Part shown: piece by piece, positions 62,085 through 64,000 of the stretch
How the letters are laid out: each line of letters begins with the position of its first letter
Numbering within the stretch: the first letter of the stretch is position 1
Source of the DNA: Lama guanicoe
Lineage: Eukaryota
Assembly: GCA_013239625.1 (NCBI GenBank)
Contig: MU054400.1
Coordinates: forward strand, 1,037,146 to 1,101,145
Length of the DNA: 64,000 bases
Direction of reading: 5' to 3'
The notes under the pieces: model-generated
Told to the model about the DNA's origin: nothing
The model's database searches: none
The model's input: the letters and a program-made list of their open reading frames with translations, nothing else
Program-made: the position numbers and the translations under genes

Positions 62085-62880
62085 TTTTACGGATTCACAA
62101 TGCATTTCTGACACTACCTGGAATTAGGCCAAACTATACAGATTAAGGGACTCTTCATATAAAAGATTGCCCTCAGTTCAGACATCAACCACAAGCTCAG
62201 TGGTTCCCAGGCCACCTTGAAGCAACTGGCTACAAATTTGGGGGTTCCCACTCTGCCCTCAGGTTTGATAATTTGCTAGAATGACTCATAGAACCCAGGA
62301 AAGTGCTATACTTATGATTACAGTTTTGCTATAGCATAAAGTATACAAATCAGAAAGAACGAGAAGAAGAAATGCCATAGGGTGAAAGCCAGGAGGGTCC
62401 CAAACATGAAGCTTTTGTGTCCTCTCCCTGTGGAGTCTGTGTGTGTCACTCTCCTGGCACATCATTGTGTCACCATATCCACAGAATATTGTGAACCAGG
62501 AAAGCTCACCAGAGTTTCAGTATCCATAATGTGATTTTATTGGGCTTTCATTACATGGGCATGATTCATTGAGTCATTGGCCATAAGGTTGAATTTGGTC
62601 TCCAGTCTTCCTCCCCTCTCTGAAAGTTGAGCTTCTTACTTGGCTTGAAGTCCCAACTTTCTAATCACATGATTGATCTTTCTGGTATGGCCAGCCTCTA
62701 TTCTAAGTGATAAGTTACCTGAGGGCCCACAGGAATTACCGCTTTAGCATAAACTATCAAGTGTGGTCTCAGGAGCCCACCAAGAAAGACAGATGCTCGT
62801 ATTACTTGGGAAATGCCAAGGTTCTAGAGGTTACCTCTCAGAGCCAGGAACAAAGGCCAGCCAAATTCTTTATTATACAA
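62085..62880 (-). mobile_element. MER21-like LTR in the probable UBAP1 intron 1
   Basis: GGTTTGATAATTTGCTAGAATGACTCATAGAAC...GTCCCAACTTTCTAATCACATG...GGAAATGCCAAGG motifs. Confidence 0.65.
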
Positions 62881-62984
62881 AATAATTTGTTCAGTCCTAG
62901 ATCCAATTAAGACCACTTAAAAGAAAAGTCTTAGACTTCTTCTGTTTATTTGATGTTTTATTATGAGAATTAAAAAATATACCA

Positions 62985-63113
62985 GGGGGAGGGTATAGCT
63001 CAGTGGTAGAGTGCATGCTTAGGCATGCAGAAGTTCCTGGGTTCAGTCCAGTACCTCCATTAATAAACTAGCAAACAAACCTAATTACCTCCCCCATACA
63101 AAACAACAACAAA
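62985..63113 (+). mobile_element. Vic-1-like SINE
   Basis: GGGGGAGGGTATAGCTCAGTGGTAGAGTGCATGCTT...GGGTTCAGTCCAGTACCTCC...AACCTAATTACCTCCCCC. Confidence 0.9.
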
Positions 63114-64000
63114 ATCATACCAGAGAGTAGAGAGAAAAGTGAAATGATCTCCCTTGTACATATTGCCCAACTTGCACAAAGATAACCATTTGATTGATCT
63201 TTTTCAACTCTTTTCTCCTACCTTTTTTGGAAATGGGGACGTACCTGAAGTATTTTAAAGCAAATCTCAAACATTTCTGTTAATTCATTATTTTATATCT
63301 CTAACTGATAAGGCAGTTTTCTTTTTTTTTTAAACGTAACTCTCATGCTATTATCACGTCTTAACAGTTATTAGTAATTCCTTAATATAATCTAATACCG
63401 TCCATATTGAAATTTCTCTTACTGTCTTAAAAGTGTCACTTTATAGGTAGTTTGCTCTATTTTCAATTCAGTTAAGGTCCATACTTATAACTTACTTGGT
63501 TTTCATGTCTGCTGAGTCTCTTTTATTATATGATAGTAATCCCTATTTCATATTATTGATTCATTGGAGAAACCAGGCCATTTATCCTGTAGGTATTCCA
63601 CATTCAGGATTTGTGTGTTCCAGTGTTGTTTTTTCGCTTGCTTCTCTAATTCTTGTGAAGTAATGGTTTGAAGCTTGATTTAATTCATGGTTTTGTTGTT
63701 TTTGTTGTTTGGATGTGGGGAGGAGCATCACATAAGTGGTGCTGTGTACTTTCGCATCACATCAGAAGGTACATAATCAATGGTTGTCCCCCATATAGTG
63801 ATTCTAGTGTGTTCAGGTGATGTCAGCCTGATCCTTCTATTATTAAAGCTCTCTATTAATCTTCACCTAATAGCTTAGCATCCATTTATGATACTTATTT
63901 GAGTCAGTTAGTTAGAAGCTGTAAACTTGTATCGTCATGCTGTTTCTGCCATATTTATGTTTATGAGGTGCCATTCTTCTATAAAGAGCTTTTCTTCATC

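Overview
Mammalian genomic DNA, probably camelid: it carries many tRNA-derived SINEs resembling the camelid Vic-1 family. The window is the divergent DCAF12/UBAP1 locus. DCAF12 exons 1-2 lie on the minus strand (ATG at 14198, CpG island ~13.8-15.3 kb) and a probable UBAP1 promoter and first exon lie on the plus strand (~55.0-55.3 kb). The ~40 kb between them is mostly transposable elements. The main structure is an ~11.2 kb betaretrovirus-like (class II) provirus at 21196-32400. It has both LTRs, a tRNA-Lys3-like PBS, gag, a stop-free dUTPase-protease-G-patch frame, a slippery site with an intact pseudoknot, partial pol, a disrupted env and candidate Rec-like splice sites. It inserted into an older ERV-L (class III) MLT2 LTR. 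It was then hit by a short L1 stub and by a class I (ERV1) element whose 3' LTR was deleted together with most of the host pol. All three ERV classes are therefore nested at one site. Other items include a 5S rRNA pseudogene, uORFs in both flanking genes, an NF-Y/octamer/TATA-rich solo LTR, an L1/mRNA chimeric retro-insertion and a 183-bp tandem duplication that may be an assembly artefact. There is no CRISPR array or prokaryotic system. Repeat family names come from recalled consensus sequences, not from a search.
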